Assembly: GCA_002269645.1 (NCBI GenBank)
Contig: NIVC01002422.1
Coordinates: 111,256-175,255 of the forward strand
DNA: 64,000 nt
From: Macrostomum lignano
Taxonomy: Eukaryota
Reading direction: 5' to 3'
A program made the position numbers and the translations under genes. This document shows positions 1-24,619 of the stretch, piece after piece; position 1 is the stretch's first letter; every line of letters starts with the position of its first letter. The notes under the pieces were generated by a model, which saw only the letters and a list, made by a program, of their open reading frames with translations, was not told the DNA's origin and made no database searches.

Positions 1-342
1 CGCACAACACCCTCGCAGGCCCAACCCCACGCACCACCCCTTTTCTCTTTCGACCATTTTAACAAGAACAAAGTCAAAACTCAAAATTGGCTAGGTTATA
101 TTTCTCAATAAGTGGCTCCAGCATCAGAGAGCGTCCACAGGGATAAAGTTTTGCTTTCGTCGTTTTGCTACACTTTTTTCTTTGTCAAGAACAAGCCACG
201 GGCAGTAGGGGTAGGGAGGCTTTCGCCAAATTCAGTGGCTTATTAATATTGGTAGCCTCTGGCTCAATCAAGTAGGCATGTTCTGATCAATCAGAAAATC
301 CGGTTCGGAATTGAAACCTCCAAGAAGCGAGTTCGCAGGGAG

Positions 343-11681
<11,339 letters not shown>

Positions 11682-12054
11682 GCTGCCGCAGAGCTGAGAC
11701 TAGTGAGTATAGACTGGGCTGCTCGAGCGGCAGCTCAGAGAGTCTTCGATGCTCAGTTGATTTTGAGAGATTTATCACCTGCTAATAACTGTTCGCGACT
11801 TCTGATTGGGCAATTGGGTGAACAGGCTTTTCAGGTCCATCCGCTATGCTAAAAGTGGTTTTAACTATCTATCCATCAATCCGTGTGTGATTGATAATTA
11901 CTTCTACTCAAAATGACTTGATAAGTGCTTCAATTCATGTCTTCGATTCGATGAAAGCCAGCCTAGATGTGAACAGACTGAACCTGGATTCGAATTTTAT
12001 TAGTGTAAGTTTTTTAGAAAGATTTTTTTAAAGTGAAAAAACTCAACATAATAA

Positions 12055-13002
12055 AAGAAGCGTCATGTCAACCATAAAAGATGCGTCATGTCAACCATAA
12101 AAGATGCGTCATGTCAAACATAAAAGAAGTGTCATTTCAACCATAAAAGATGCGTCATGTCAACCATAAAAGATGCGTCATGTCAAACATAAAAGAAGTT
12201 TCATGTCAAACATAAAAGAAGTGTCATGTCAAACATAAAATAAGTGTCATGTCAAACATAAAAGAAGTGTCATGTCAAACATAAAAGAAGTGTCATGTCA
12301 AACATAAAAGAAGTGTCATGTCAAACATAAAAGAAGTGTCATGTCAAACATAAAAGAAGTGTCTTGTCAAACATAAAAGAAGTGACATGTCAACCATAAA
12401 AGAAGCGTCATGTCAAACATAAAAGATGCTTCATGTCAAACATAAAAGAAGTGACATGTCAAACATAAAAGAAGTGTCATGTCAAACATAAAAGAAGTGT
12501 CATGTCAAACATAAAAGAAGTGTCATGTCAAACATAAAAGAAGTGTCATGTCAAACATAAAAGAAGTGACATGTCAAACATAAAAGAAGTGTCATGTCAA
12601 ACATAAAAGAAGCGTCATGTCAAACATAAAAGATGCGTCATGTCAAACATAAAAGAAGTGTCATGTCAAACATAAAAGATGCGTCATGTCAAACATAAAA
12701 AGTGTCATGTCAAACATAAAAGAAGTGTCATGTCAAACATAAAAAGTGTCATGTCAAACATAAAAGAAGTGTCATGTCAAACATAAAAGATGCGTCATGT
12801 CAAACATAAAAGAAGTGTCATGTCAAACATAAAAGAAGTGTCATGTCAAACATAAAAGAAGTGTCATGTCAAACATAAAAGATGCGTCATGTCAAACATA
12901 AAAAGTGTCATGTCAAACATAAAAGAAGTGTCATGTCAAACATAAAAAGTGTCATGTCAAACATAAAAGATGCGTCATGTCAAACATAAAAAGTGTCATG
13001 TC
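12055..13002. repeat. 23-bp minisatellite (GTCATGTCAAACATAAAAGAAGT), ~41 units, upstream of copy A
   Basis: Tandem periodicity; only ~2 units at the homologous site 27003-27040. Confidence 0.95.
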
Positions 13003-13489
13003 TGATACAATGCAGTAAATTTAGAATGCGCATTATGAGACCGTTCTTCCCGGTTCGAGAACCAAACCCGGTGCTACCTGCAGGTACTCAAAATATAATA
13101 GAGTGAGGAAATTTACGCATACACATGACTGGATGAGCTAATTAGTCGTTTCTCTCTTCTAAACATTCCCCTCTTTCTGACAAAAGCAGCAATATCGCAG
13201 CGGTGACTAACAGAAAATTAAATACAGTAACAAGCTCAGCGCTCCGCCAGCAAGAAAGACACAAAAAACACGCAAGCAAAAACGCATAACGAAGCAGAAT
13301 CTCTTGGTTTGCAAAACAGACTGCTGTTGAACAACTGCCATATTCGAACAATTCATCTGTCGTCAAAGAGAAGCGTGACTGCAAAGCACTAAAAATAGCT
13401 GCGAGGAGCAAACAGCTCGCCCTCAGCGATAAAATCACAGCGAGAAACAATCGGACCGTTAAGAGGCGTTAACGGTGTTCCTTTTATCG

Positions 13490-14050
13490 GGGTTGGTCGT
13501 CTGGTATGTGCGTTGGGCGCGAGGTAAAAAGCGCCTCTGCTCCGGCTGAATGCAACTCCTCATTGTCAGCATCCGCGTTGCCGAGGATCACTCAGTGCCT
13601 GCACGGATCATTGCCTCCTGCGCTCCACCACTAAACAGAGCACAGCTCTTTGAAGAGATCGTTTTGAATTTTGAGCCAGCACTGATGGCATCATTCAAGC
13701 AGGCTCCATTGCAGTGCGTTGAAGCATCTTAGACTATGCGCGACTTTGTGGTGTCGTAGCCGGCTCGAATCACTGCGAAGTGCGACAGGTACGAGCTACC
13801 TCCAACCCGCCACTGGCACAGTGTCTTCGACTTCTTCTATGTAGCCTTTAACCACATGTTCGTCAAGCACCTCCTGGTGCGCATTCGCCAGGCCTGGATC
13901 CTTTTCCACAGCTCATTCCGATCCACGCTTGCAAGCACCGCTTAAGTATCAGTCCCTAGGCAGCTAAAACACAGTCACTTCTGGCCTGAGGGTCCATTCT
14001 TAGACATTTCTGACACCTCCATACTCCATGCTGCTCATTGCTCCTACACA
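13490..14050 (-). mobile_element. BEL/Pao LTR-retrotransposon remnant (gag zinc knuckle fused to start of RT)
   Basis: Minus-strand peptides EQHGVWRCQKCLRMD..CFSCLG (gag knuckle) and KDPGLANAHQEVLDEHVVKGYIEEV, YLSHFAVIRAGYDTTKSRIV*DAS..CLNDAISAGSK (BEL RT N-terminus), with stops and frameshifts. Confidence 0.8.
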
Positions 14051-14440
14051 CAGCACCCTCCCACTGCAAACCCCCTCCCACACAAACCCTCCCATGTGCA
14101 AACCCCCCACAAACACAACACCCTCCCACTGCCAACCCTACACACACAACACCCTCCCACTGCCAACACCACACACACAACACCCTCCCACTGCCAACAC
14201 CACACACACAACACCCTCCCACTGCCAACACCACACACACAACACCCTCCCACTGCCAACACCATACACACAACACCCTCCCACTGCCAACACCACACAC
14301 ACAACACCCTCCCACTGCAAACCCTCTCCCACACAAAACCCTCCCATGTGCAAACCCCCCACAAACACAACACCCTCCCACTGCCAACCCACAAACACAA
14401 CACCCTCCCACTGCCAACCCCACACGCACAACACCCTCAC
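14050..14440. repeat. ~29-31-bp C/A-rich minisatellite (CACACAACACCCTCCCACTGCCAACAC)
   Basis: Tandem periodicity downstream of GPCR copy B. Confidence 0.85.
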
Positions 14441-15821
14441 AGGCCCAACCCCACGCACCACCCCTTTTCTCTTTCGACCATTTTAACAAGAACAAAGTCA
14501 AAACTCAAAATTGGCTTGGTTATATTTCTCAATAAGTGGCTCCTGCATCAGAGAGCGTCCACAGGGATAAAGTTTTGCTTTCGTCGTTTTGCTATACTTT
14601 TTTCTTTGTCAAAAACAAGCCACGGGCAGTTAGGGGGTAGGGAGGCTTTCGCCAAATCCAGTGGCTTATTAATATTGGTAGCCTCTGGCTTATTAATATT
14701 GGTAGCCTCTGGCTTAATCAAGTAGGTATGTTCTGATCCGTCAGAAAATCCAGTTCGGAATTGAAACTTTCAAGAAGCGAGTTCGCAGGGAGTCACATTT
14801 CAAGAGACTCATTTCTAGCCGTGTTGACTCGCCCAGTCCCGTTGGGGTCATTGTTGCACACCGTCCTCAGCACCGTGTTGGCGTCGGCGACTCTGACGCG
14901 TCGGTCTTTGAGGATGGTCAGCACCTGGAATTCGATTTAGTCCGGATGTCCGATGGGGCTGCGAAGCGCCTGAGATTCACAATGTCTCGTAAGCTAAGCC
15001 TCCAGCCTAGACCTCATCAGAAAGTAATACAAATTTAGGTAAGTAGCGCTGGTAACTCGAAAACAAAATTGCTAACTTGCACTAATTACCAAAACTTGCA
15101 GTCCGCTCTACAGCCCACACCCCAGCAACCCCAGCCCACACTCCAGCCCACACTCCAGCCCACACTCCAGCCCACACACCAACCCACACTCCAGCCCACA
15201 CTCCAACCCACACTCCAGCCCACTCACCAACCCACACTCCAGCCCACACCCCAACCAACACTCCAGCCCACACCCGAACCCACACTCAAGCCCACATCCC
15301 AACCCACACTCAAGTCCATACCCCAGCCCACACCTCAGCCCACACTCAAGCCCACACCCCACACTCCAGCACACATCCCAACCCACACCCTAACCCACAC
15401 CCCACACCACACCCCACACCCCACACCCTGACCACCGACCTTCCCGCCAAACACCAGCAGCACGGTGGTGGCTGAGCAGATGTTGATGCAGCAGGTCAGC
15501 AGCACGAGTCGCAGGTCCACCGAGCCGATGGGCAGCGCAAACTCCAGCACCACGCCGATCAGCCCCATCACGGTGGTGTTGTACACGCAGATTCCGATCA
15601 CCTTCGAGTCGTTCAGCGCTTCCACGTGAATTGTGCGAGTCTCCCAGGCAAAGAAGATTCCGAACAGAAGGAACACCGCCTTCATGCCGATGATGAGGCC
15701 CTTCCACAGCACCTCGCTGCTGGACTGACACACGACCAGCTTGTGCAGAACCACAGCTCCGTCAGAGATCATGTCCTGCATTGGCATGGCACTGCATGTC
15801 AGTGGAATGTCAGTGGAATGT

Positions 15822-18800
15822 CAGAAATCACACTGCACACCCTGTTACCTGCTCAGACAGTCTCTTGTGAATGCAGAGTACAGAATCACTGCACACCCTG
15901 TTACCTGCTCAGACAGTCTCTTGTGAATGCAGAGTACAGAATCACTGCACACCCTGTTACCTGCTCAGACAGTCTCTTGTGAATGCAGAGTACAGAATCA
16001 CTGCACACCCTGTCACCTGCTCAGACAGTCTCTTGTGAATGTAGAGTACAGAATCACTGCACACCCTGTTACCTGCTCAGACAGTCTCTTGTGAATGCAG
16101 AGTACAGAATCACTGCACACCCTGTCACCTGCTCAGACAGTCTCTTGTGAATGCAGAGTACAGAATCACTGCACACCCTGTCACCTGCTCAGACAGTCTC
16201 TTGTGAATGCAGAGTACAGAATCACTGCACACCCTGTTACCTGCTCAGACAGTCTCTTGTGAATGCAGAGTACAGAATCACTGCACAAACTGTCACCTGC
16301 TCAGACAGTCTCTTGTGAATGCAGAGTACAGAATCACTGCACACCCTGTTACCTGCTCAGACAGTCTCTTGTGAATGCAGAGTACAGAATCACTGCACAC
16401 CCTGTTACCTGCTCAGACAGTCTCTTGTGAATGCAGAGTACAGAATCACTGCACACCCTGTCACCTGCTCAGACAGTCTCTTGTGAATGCAGAGTACAGA
16501 ATCACTGCACATCCTGTTACCTGCTCAGACAGTCTCTTGTGAATGCAGAGTACAGAATCACTGCACACCCTGTCACCTGCTCAGACAGTCTCTTGTGAAT
16601 GCAGAGTACAGAATCACTGCACACCCTGTTACCTGCTCAGACAGTCTCTTGTGAATGCAGAGTACAGAATCACTGCACACCCTGTTACCTGCTCAGACAG
16701 TCTCTTGTGAGTGCAGAGTACAGAATCACTGCACACCCTGTCACCTGCTCAGACAGTCTCTTGTGAATGCAGAGTACAGAATCACTGCACACCCTGTTAC
16801 CTGCTCAGACAGTCTCTTGTGAATGCAGAGTACAGAATCACTGCACACCCTGTTACCTGCTCAGACAGTCTCTTGTGAATGCAGAGTACAGAATCACTGC
16901 ACACCCTGTTACCTGCTCAGACAGTCTCTTGTGAATGCAGAGTACAGAATCACTGCACAAACTGTCACCTGCTCAGACAGTCTCTTGTGAATGCAGAGTA
17001 CAGAATCACTGCACACCCTGTTACCTGCTCAGACAGTCTCTTGTGAATGCAGAGTACAGAATCACTGCACACCCTGTCACCTGCTCAGACAGTCTCTTGT
17101 GAATGCAGAGTACAGAATCACTGCACACCCTGTTACCTGCTCAGACAGTCTCTTGTGAATGCAGAGTACAGAATCACTGCACACCCTGTCACCTGCTCAG
17201 ACAGTCTCTTGTGAGTGCAGAGTACAGAATCACTGCACACCCTGTTACCTGCTCAGACAGTCTCTTGTGAATGCAGAGTACAGAATCACTGCACAAACTG
17301 TCACCTGCTCAGACAGTCTCTTGTGAATGCAGAGTACAGAATCACTGCACACCCTGTTACCTGCTCAGACAGTCTCTTGTGAATGCAGAGTACAGAATCA
17401 CTGCACACCCTGTTACCTGCTCAGACAGTCTCTTGTGAATGCAGAGTACAGAATCACTGCACACCCTGTTACCTGCTCAGACAGTCTCTTGTGAGTGCAG
17501 AGTACAGAATCACTGCACACCCTGTTACCTGCTCAGACAGTCTCTTGTGAATGCAGAGTACAGAATCACAGCACACCCTGTTACCTGCTCAGACAGTCTC
17601 TTGTGAATGCAGAGTACAGAATCACTGCACACCCTGTTACCTGCTCAGACAGTCTCTTGTGAGTGCAGAGTACAGAATCACTGCACACCCTGTTACCTGC
17701 TCAGACAGTCTCTTGTGAATGCACAGTACAGAATCACTGCACACCCTGTTACCTGCTCAGACAGTCTCTTGTGAATGCAGAGTACAGAATCACAGCACAC
17801 CCTGTCACCTGCTCAGACAGTCTCTTGTGAATGCAGAGTACAGAGTCACTGCACACCCTGTTACCTGCTCAGACAGTCTCTTGTGAATGCAGAGTACAGA
17901 ATCACTGCACACCCTGTCACCTGCTCAGACAGTCTCTTGTGAATGCAGAGTACAGAATCACAGCACACCCTGTTACCTGCTCAGACAGTCTCTTGTGAAT
18001 GCACAGTACAGAATCACAGCACACCCTGTTACCTGCTCAGACAGTCTCTTGTGAATGCAGAGTACAGAATCACTGCACACCCTGTTACCTGCTCAGACAG
18101 TCTCTTGTGAATGCAGAGTACAGAATCACTGCACACCCTGTTACCTGCTCAGACAGTCTCTTGTGAGTGCAGAGTACAGAATCACTGCACACCCTGTTAC
18201 CTGCTCAGACAGTCTCTTGTGAATGCAGAGTACAGAATCACTGCACACCCTGTTACCTGCTCAGACAGTCTCTTGTGAATGTAGAGTACAGAATCACTGC
18301 ACACCCTGTTACCTGCTCAGACAGTCTCTTGTGAATGCACAGTACAGAATCACTGCACAACCTGTTACCTGCTCAGACAGTCCCTTGTGAGTGCAGAGTA
18401 CAGAATCACTGCACACCCTGTTACCTGCTCAGACAGTCTCTTGTGAATACAGAGTACAGAATCACTGCACACCCTGTTACCTGCTCAGACAGTCTCTTGT
18501 GAATGCAGAGTACAGAATCACTGCACACCCTGTTACCTGCTCAGACAGTCTCTTGTGAATGCACAGTACAGAATCACTGCACAACCTGTTACCTGCTCAG
18601 ACAGTCCCTTGTGAGTGCAGAGTACAGAATCACTGCACACCCTGTTACCTGCTCAGACAGTCTCTTGTGAATACAGAGTACAGAATCACTGCACACCCTG
18701 TTACCTGCTCAGACAGTCTCTTGTGAATGCAGAGTACAGAATCACACTGCACAACCTGTTACCTGCTCAGACAGTCTCTTGTGAATGCAGAGTACAGAAT

Positions 18801-18893
18801 CACTGCACAACCTGTTACCTGCTCAGACAGTCTCTTGTGAATGCAGAGTACAGAATCACAGTACACCCTGTTACCTGCTCAGACAGTCTCTTG
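15822..18893. repeat. 56-bp minisatellite, ~55 units (copy B)
   Basis: Same unit as 1262-1933. Confidence 0.95.
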
Positions 18894-20534
18894 ACAGCCA
18901 AGGCTGGTGAATCCAGGAGTCCAAGAGCCAGCAGCAGTCCAGCATCCATCAGCAGAATAGCGGCAATCACCATGCAGAGGTGCCAGTCCTTGATGGTCTA
19001 AAATCCGGTAATGCGTGACCAGGCTGGCTCAAGGTCATTCAGGGGACTGACTATACACGAGCACTGCAGTGCAGATGGACTCACAGTCAGCCTCATCTTG
19101 TTGGTGAAGATTCTGTGGACTCGCCACGTCTTTGCCAGAATTCCACCGAAGGCGCACGAGTAGCCAGTGATGAGGCAGAGCAGCTGGGACCAGCACAATC
19201 CGAGCTGGCTTCCCATGTACGCGTTGAAGGTCATGATGAGGCAGGACGCGTGGCACAGGAGGCAGCCCAGTCCGATGATGGTGTTCACGATGGGGCTGCT
19301 GAGCCGGATGTAGGGCACCTTGCGGAACCACAGGTTCACCGCCATGGCGGCCAGGGTGAGGCAGGCGCCGCAGGCAGACAGGCCGCCAGAGACCACGGCG
19401 CTGACGAGGCTGGCGTGGACGAGCTTTGAGAGGATTCTGGGAGAGTCGACTGGAGCTGAGCCGCCTGCGGGACGGGGTGAGAGATGCGCTGATGGGGCTC
19501 GGGAGACTGGGCTGATGGGGACTCGGGAGACTGGGCTGATGGGGGGCTCGGGAGACTGGGCTGTTGGGGACTCGGGAGACTGGGCTGATGGGGACTCGGG
19601 AGACTGGGCTGATGGGGACTCGGGAGACTGCACTGATGGGGACTCGGGAGACTGAGCTGATGGGGTCTCGGGAGACTGGGCTGATGGGTAACTCGGGAGA
19701 CTGGGCTGATGGGGACTCGGGAGACTGAGCTGATGGGGTCTCGGGAGACTGGGCTGATGGGGTCTCGGGAGTCTGAGCTGATGAGGGACTCTGGAGACTG
19801 GGCTGATAGGGGGAAATTCGAAAGGGTTAGGGTTAGGGATGGAGTGTTGATGGCCTAGCATTCGAATGGCGTACCCTCGAACCACAGTGGTTTGATCCAG
19901 CGACTGTCCCCTGTCTTCGGTTGATAAGTTGCAACCAAATCTCTCTTGAGACCTAGGGTAGGATGACACTCGTTGGCAATGTTCGTGCGTATAATTTAAA
20001 TTTTTAGAATAAGACTTAATCCCATGTCTTACCTCGGATTTGGTAAATAATAACGGTAGGTTCTCTGTCGCCCTTCGAATCAAAATTGACGGGACCCTGC
20101 AGTTGTTGCTTTATTCGTTGTTATGCATGTTTGTGATGCGGTAAAAATCTATAGTGATTTGCAAAGGTATAACAAAATACTCTTGTACACTATTGCAGTC
20201 TTGTACACTGTACCAGTCTTGTACACTGTACTAGTCTTGTACACTGTACTAGTCTTGTAAACTATAGAAGTCTTTTACATTATAGCCTTCTTGTATACAA
20301 CAGCAGTCTTGTACACTATAGCAGTCTTGTACACTTTATACACTTGAGAATTCTGGTACAACCTGATGAAATTGTACCCCTGTTTAAAATGCGATTCATC
20401 ATCATTCCAAGGAACGAATATTCTTGTTCTTTTCCTTAGGTATCCTTTAATTTCTACTCTTAGTAGTGGACTGGCGCAGAGAAGCATTTATCTTTATATT
20501 GTAGCGCCTTGTTTCCCACTGTCCTTGCGTAATA

Positions 20535-21281
20535 TAGCTTTTTGCAGCCCATTTGGGCTTATGCGCATTGAATTTAATCCAAGATAGGTTTGTCAAAGTA
20601 ATGGAGCTTTTGTCTATGGTAGCAAGGCTGGCACAGCGGCATTTAATTTGGCCCAACAAGCATCAATTTGGTCCATTTAGTTCATTTGCAGCTCAGTCCC
20701 AGAATTGTGGACCATATGCTAGGCTGTTGAACGAATGTCATTGGCTTGTGATCGAAGCACTCGACGGAGGTGAACACCCAAAGGACATTGCAAGGTTGTT
20801 GAATGTAAAAGAAAAGGTGGTTTACAGCATCCAGCAGCGCGTTGAAACTCTGCCGGCAGAGATTGCCTGCGAAAGGGTGGCAATCGCCAAAGAAAGTTGC
20901 TCGAGAGCCTCAGGTCCAACTGCTACTCGATGCAGTAGAAACGAACCCTTTGTTGACATTTCAGAAAATGCAGCAGAAGTTGAGGGAACAGCTCCAGTTG
21001 GTTATCAGATTTCGACCATCAGCAGAGCTCTGGAAAAGCAACTGAAAACTTTTGTTAGAGACGCTGACATTCCAGTGGTGCGCAATAACCTGCAGACGGT
21101 TGAGAGAAGGCAAGAGTTTGTCCAATGGCTCACGAGTGTTTGGACCAAATTGATGCTTTTTGGACCAAATTAAATGCTGCTGCGCCAGCCTTGCTACCAT
21201 AGACAAAAGCTCTGTTACATTGGCAAACGTATCTTGGATTAATTAAAATGCGCGTAGGCCCAAATGGGCTGCAAAATGCTA
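20535..21281 (+). mobile_element. Same Tc1/mariner derivative in GPCR copy B
   Basis: ~99% identical to 4056-4801, same insertion site; duplicated with the gene. Confidence 0.85.
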
Positions 21282-24200
21282 TATATAATAACTTTCTTTT
21301 GATTGCCCACAAGCTAGGTTGTCTATGACCCAAACTCCAACTTTCGGTTTCAGCCCCAAACCAACTGTACTTTATTTTTATTAAATAGACGCGATCGCCA
21401 CCCAGCCGAGGTTTAACCTTTCGCTCAACTTAATCAATCATCTTCATCTTTTGGTAGCCAGCGCTACAATATTTAACTTCTCGAATAGCGGCGTGCTTTC
21501 TGACATCTGAGCATGAGACGCAGGCGTATTTCAATTAACTTCGCATTAACGCCTCCGCTTCCCGCCCCTGCTAACTGACTACTGAAGGCAATTTCAAACA
21601 AATTTCGCCTGGGCCTGGTGGGCGGATGCGGGCTGCCCACCGATGGCCATCCACTTGTCGTCAAGCGGATTCACCAGATGTGGGGTGCTGTTTTCCGTTA
21701 AAATATGATAACACACAATTCTGGTTGATTATTGACTGCGAAGTTGTTTAAATCCTTTTTCGGATTTTCGGATCTCGCAATGAGATTTCAGTCTGCTAGC
21801 ATGGAACCGCGAGACAAGCAACTCACGGAAAGTCCATGAAAGTCCAGGCTGCGAACGTTCTCGAAGATTTTCTCTTTGAAACTCGAGCATTCGAGGTCGG
21901 CAGGCTCGGCAGTGTAATTCTCGCCCTGCTCCAGGGTGGCGTTGATGGCCAGGGCGGCCGCCGTCACCGCGTCGAAACGCGTGTCGAAGCCGTTGATGCC
22001 GTATTGCTGGGGGTTTGCGGTCCAGCTGCCGAACTGGCTGAGGAAGTCCTCGTAGGTCTCGTCTCTTGTCTGAAATTGTGCGGCCTGCCCTCTGAAGAAC
22101 TCGCTTGAGATGTCACGACAGTCAGAGATGTCCCGATATATCTTGACATCGTGACATCTCTGACATCGGGACATCTTGACATCGTGACATCTTGACATCG
22201 TGACATCTTGACATCGTGACATCTTGACATCGGGACATCTTGACATCGGGACGTCTTGACATCGTGACGTCTTGACATCGTTGACGTCTTGACATCGTTG
22301 ACGTCTTGACATCGGGACATCTCTGACATCGGGACATCTTGACATCGTGACGTCTTGACATCGTGACGTCTTGACATCGTGACATCTCTGACATCGGGAA
22401 ATCTTGACATCGGGACATCTTGACATCGGGACGTCTTGACATCGTTGACGTCTTGACATCGTTGACATCTCTGACATCGGGACATCTTGACATCGGGACA
22501 TCTTGACATCGGGACATCTTGACATCGGGACGTCTTGACATCGTGACGTCTTGACATCGTTGACGTCTTGACATCGTTGACGTCTTGACATCGGGACATC
22601 TCTGACATCGTGACATCTTGACATCGTGACATCTTGACATCGTGACGTCTTGACATCGTTGACGTCTTGACATCGTTGACGTCTTGACATCGGGACATTT
22701 TGGTATCTGCCATCGGGACATCTTGATTCCTAGCATATTTACATCCTAAGAACATCTTGACAAATGGCATTCTGGCTTAAAAACATCCTGACTTAAAGAC
22801 ATCCTGACATAATAGCATCATTACATATCAACATCCTGGCACATTAGCACCCTTACATCTTAAACATAATGTCATATTAGCATCTTGACTTTGTAGCATG
22901 ACATCCTGACATCCTGGCGTCCGATATTACAATACTGATATGAAATTACCGATATATTTGCAGCCTAGCGGACATACTGATATCCTGACATTTTGACAAC
23001 ATATCGGCACTATGCTTGACTCTCAAACATTCCTGGTTCTCAGCACCATGACGTCCTGACAGTATGACAACTTGAAGCTTTGAAATTTCGACATGTCGAA
23101 GTTCTGACATTCAGACATCGCAATTCTTACTCGACCCGTCAGTCCAGCGGGGTTCCTCCTCCCCGGATCCTCCTGGTCATTGTCCAGCACTATGGAACCC
23201 TCCATGGCCACGGCTCGCTCGGAATCAGAGCAGCTTCCATTATGATTGAGCTGCGTGGTTGCCGGAAGCCCCATCTGAATCCACTGGTACTTGGGTCCGT
23301 ACGCTCCCAGCCGCTTGATCTGTGTTTGTTAGCGCTTTTTGTTAGACTCCGTGTTAAACTGTTACTGATCTCAAGATTCGGAGGTGGGTGGATTCGGGTC
23401 TGGGAGATTGAGGTCTGAGAGATTCGAGTGTGGGAGATTCGGGGGTGGGAGATTCGGGTGTGGGAGATTCGGGTGTGGGAGATTCGGGTGTGAGAGATTC
23501 GGGTGTGGAAGATTCGGGTCTGGGAGATTCGGGTGTGGGAGATTCGGGTGTGGGAGATTCGGGTGTGGGTGGATTCGGGTGTGGGTGGATTAGGGAGTGG
23601 GTGGATACGGGTGTGGGAGATTCGGGTGTGGGTGGATTCGGGTGTGGGTGGATTAGGGAGTGGGTGGATTCGGTTGTGGGAGATTCGGGTGTGGGTGGAT
23701 TCGGGTGTGGGTGGATTCGAGTGTGGGTGGATTCGGGTGTGGGTGGATTAGGGTGTGGGTGGATTCGGGTGTGGGTGGATTCGGGTGTGGGTGGATTCGG
23801 GTGTGGGTGGATTCGGGTGTGGGTGGATTCGGGTGTGGGTGGATTCGGGTGTGGTTGGATTTGGGTGTGGGTGGATTCGGGTGTGGGTGGATTCAGGTGT
23901 GGTTGGATTTGGGTGTGGTTGGATTTGGGTGTGGGTGGATTCGTGTGTGGGTGGATTCGGGTGTGGTTGGATTTGGGTGTGGGTGGATTCGGTGCCCTAC
24001 CACGCAGTCCAGCCGCTTATCTGACTGTTCAGCGGCGATCGAGCGAACAGCGATGAAGATTCGAATGTCCTTTTGCTGCAAATCATAATAAGTAAACTCA
24101 CTGCGATAATTTTATAATTTAAACTGTTTATGTTAAAAACTATTGACGTGAGAATTAAACTTACCAGAAGGCTTGTCAGAGCGGCAGTGGCGTCAGTAAA

Positions 24201-24619
24201 GTACATCCGTTTGGAATAGCTGATGTTGCGGGCCATGAAATCTCTCTCCAGCTCGCTGGCCACCTGGAAGAAATCGTTTAACAAAAAAACGATTCTTTTA
24301 TCGCGCACTGACTGCATGAGTGACATTTAGTGACACACAGTGACACACAGTGACTCACAGTCACCCACAGTGACACCATCTGTTGCACAAGTGTGACACA
24401 GATGACGCACATATCTACTCACCGATTTGAATGCGGAGTAGTCTTGAACTAGAAAGCCGATCTTCTTCCAATTGAACTTGGTCACAATTGACACCAACGG
24501 TTTCACATAGACGTTAAAAGTAGTGGACATTCTCGTGTAGTACGGGTAGATCGACCGATCGCTTAGTTCCGGCGACAGATTCAGGCCAATCTGAAAATTA
24601 TGGAATTAAATCATAACAA

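Noticed and set aside
13142-13458. Hydrophobic 102-aa ORF or BEL LTR shared with 27540-27783
   Set aside because: No recognisable motif, reading frame not conserved between copies, and no TG...CA ends or PPT identified.
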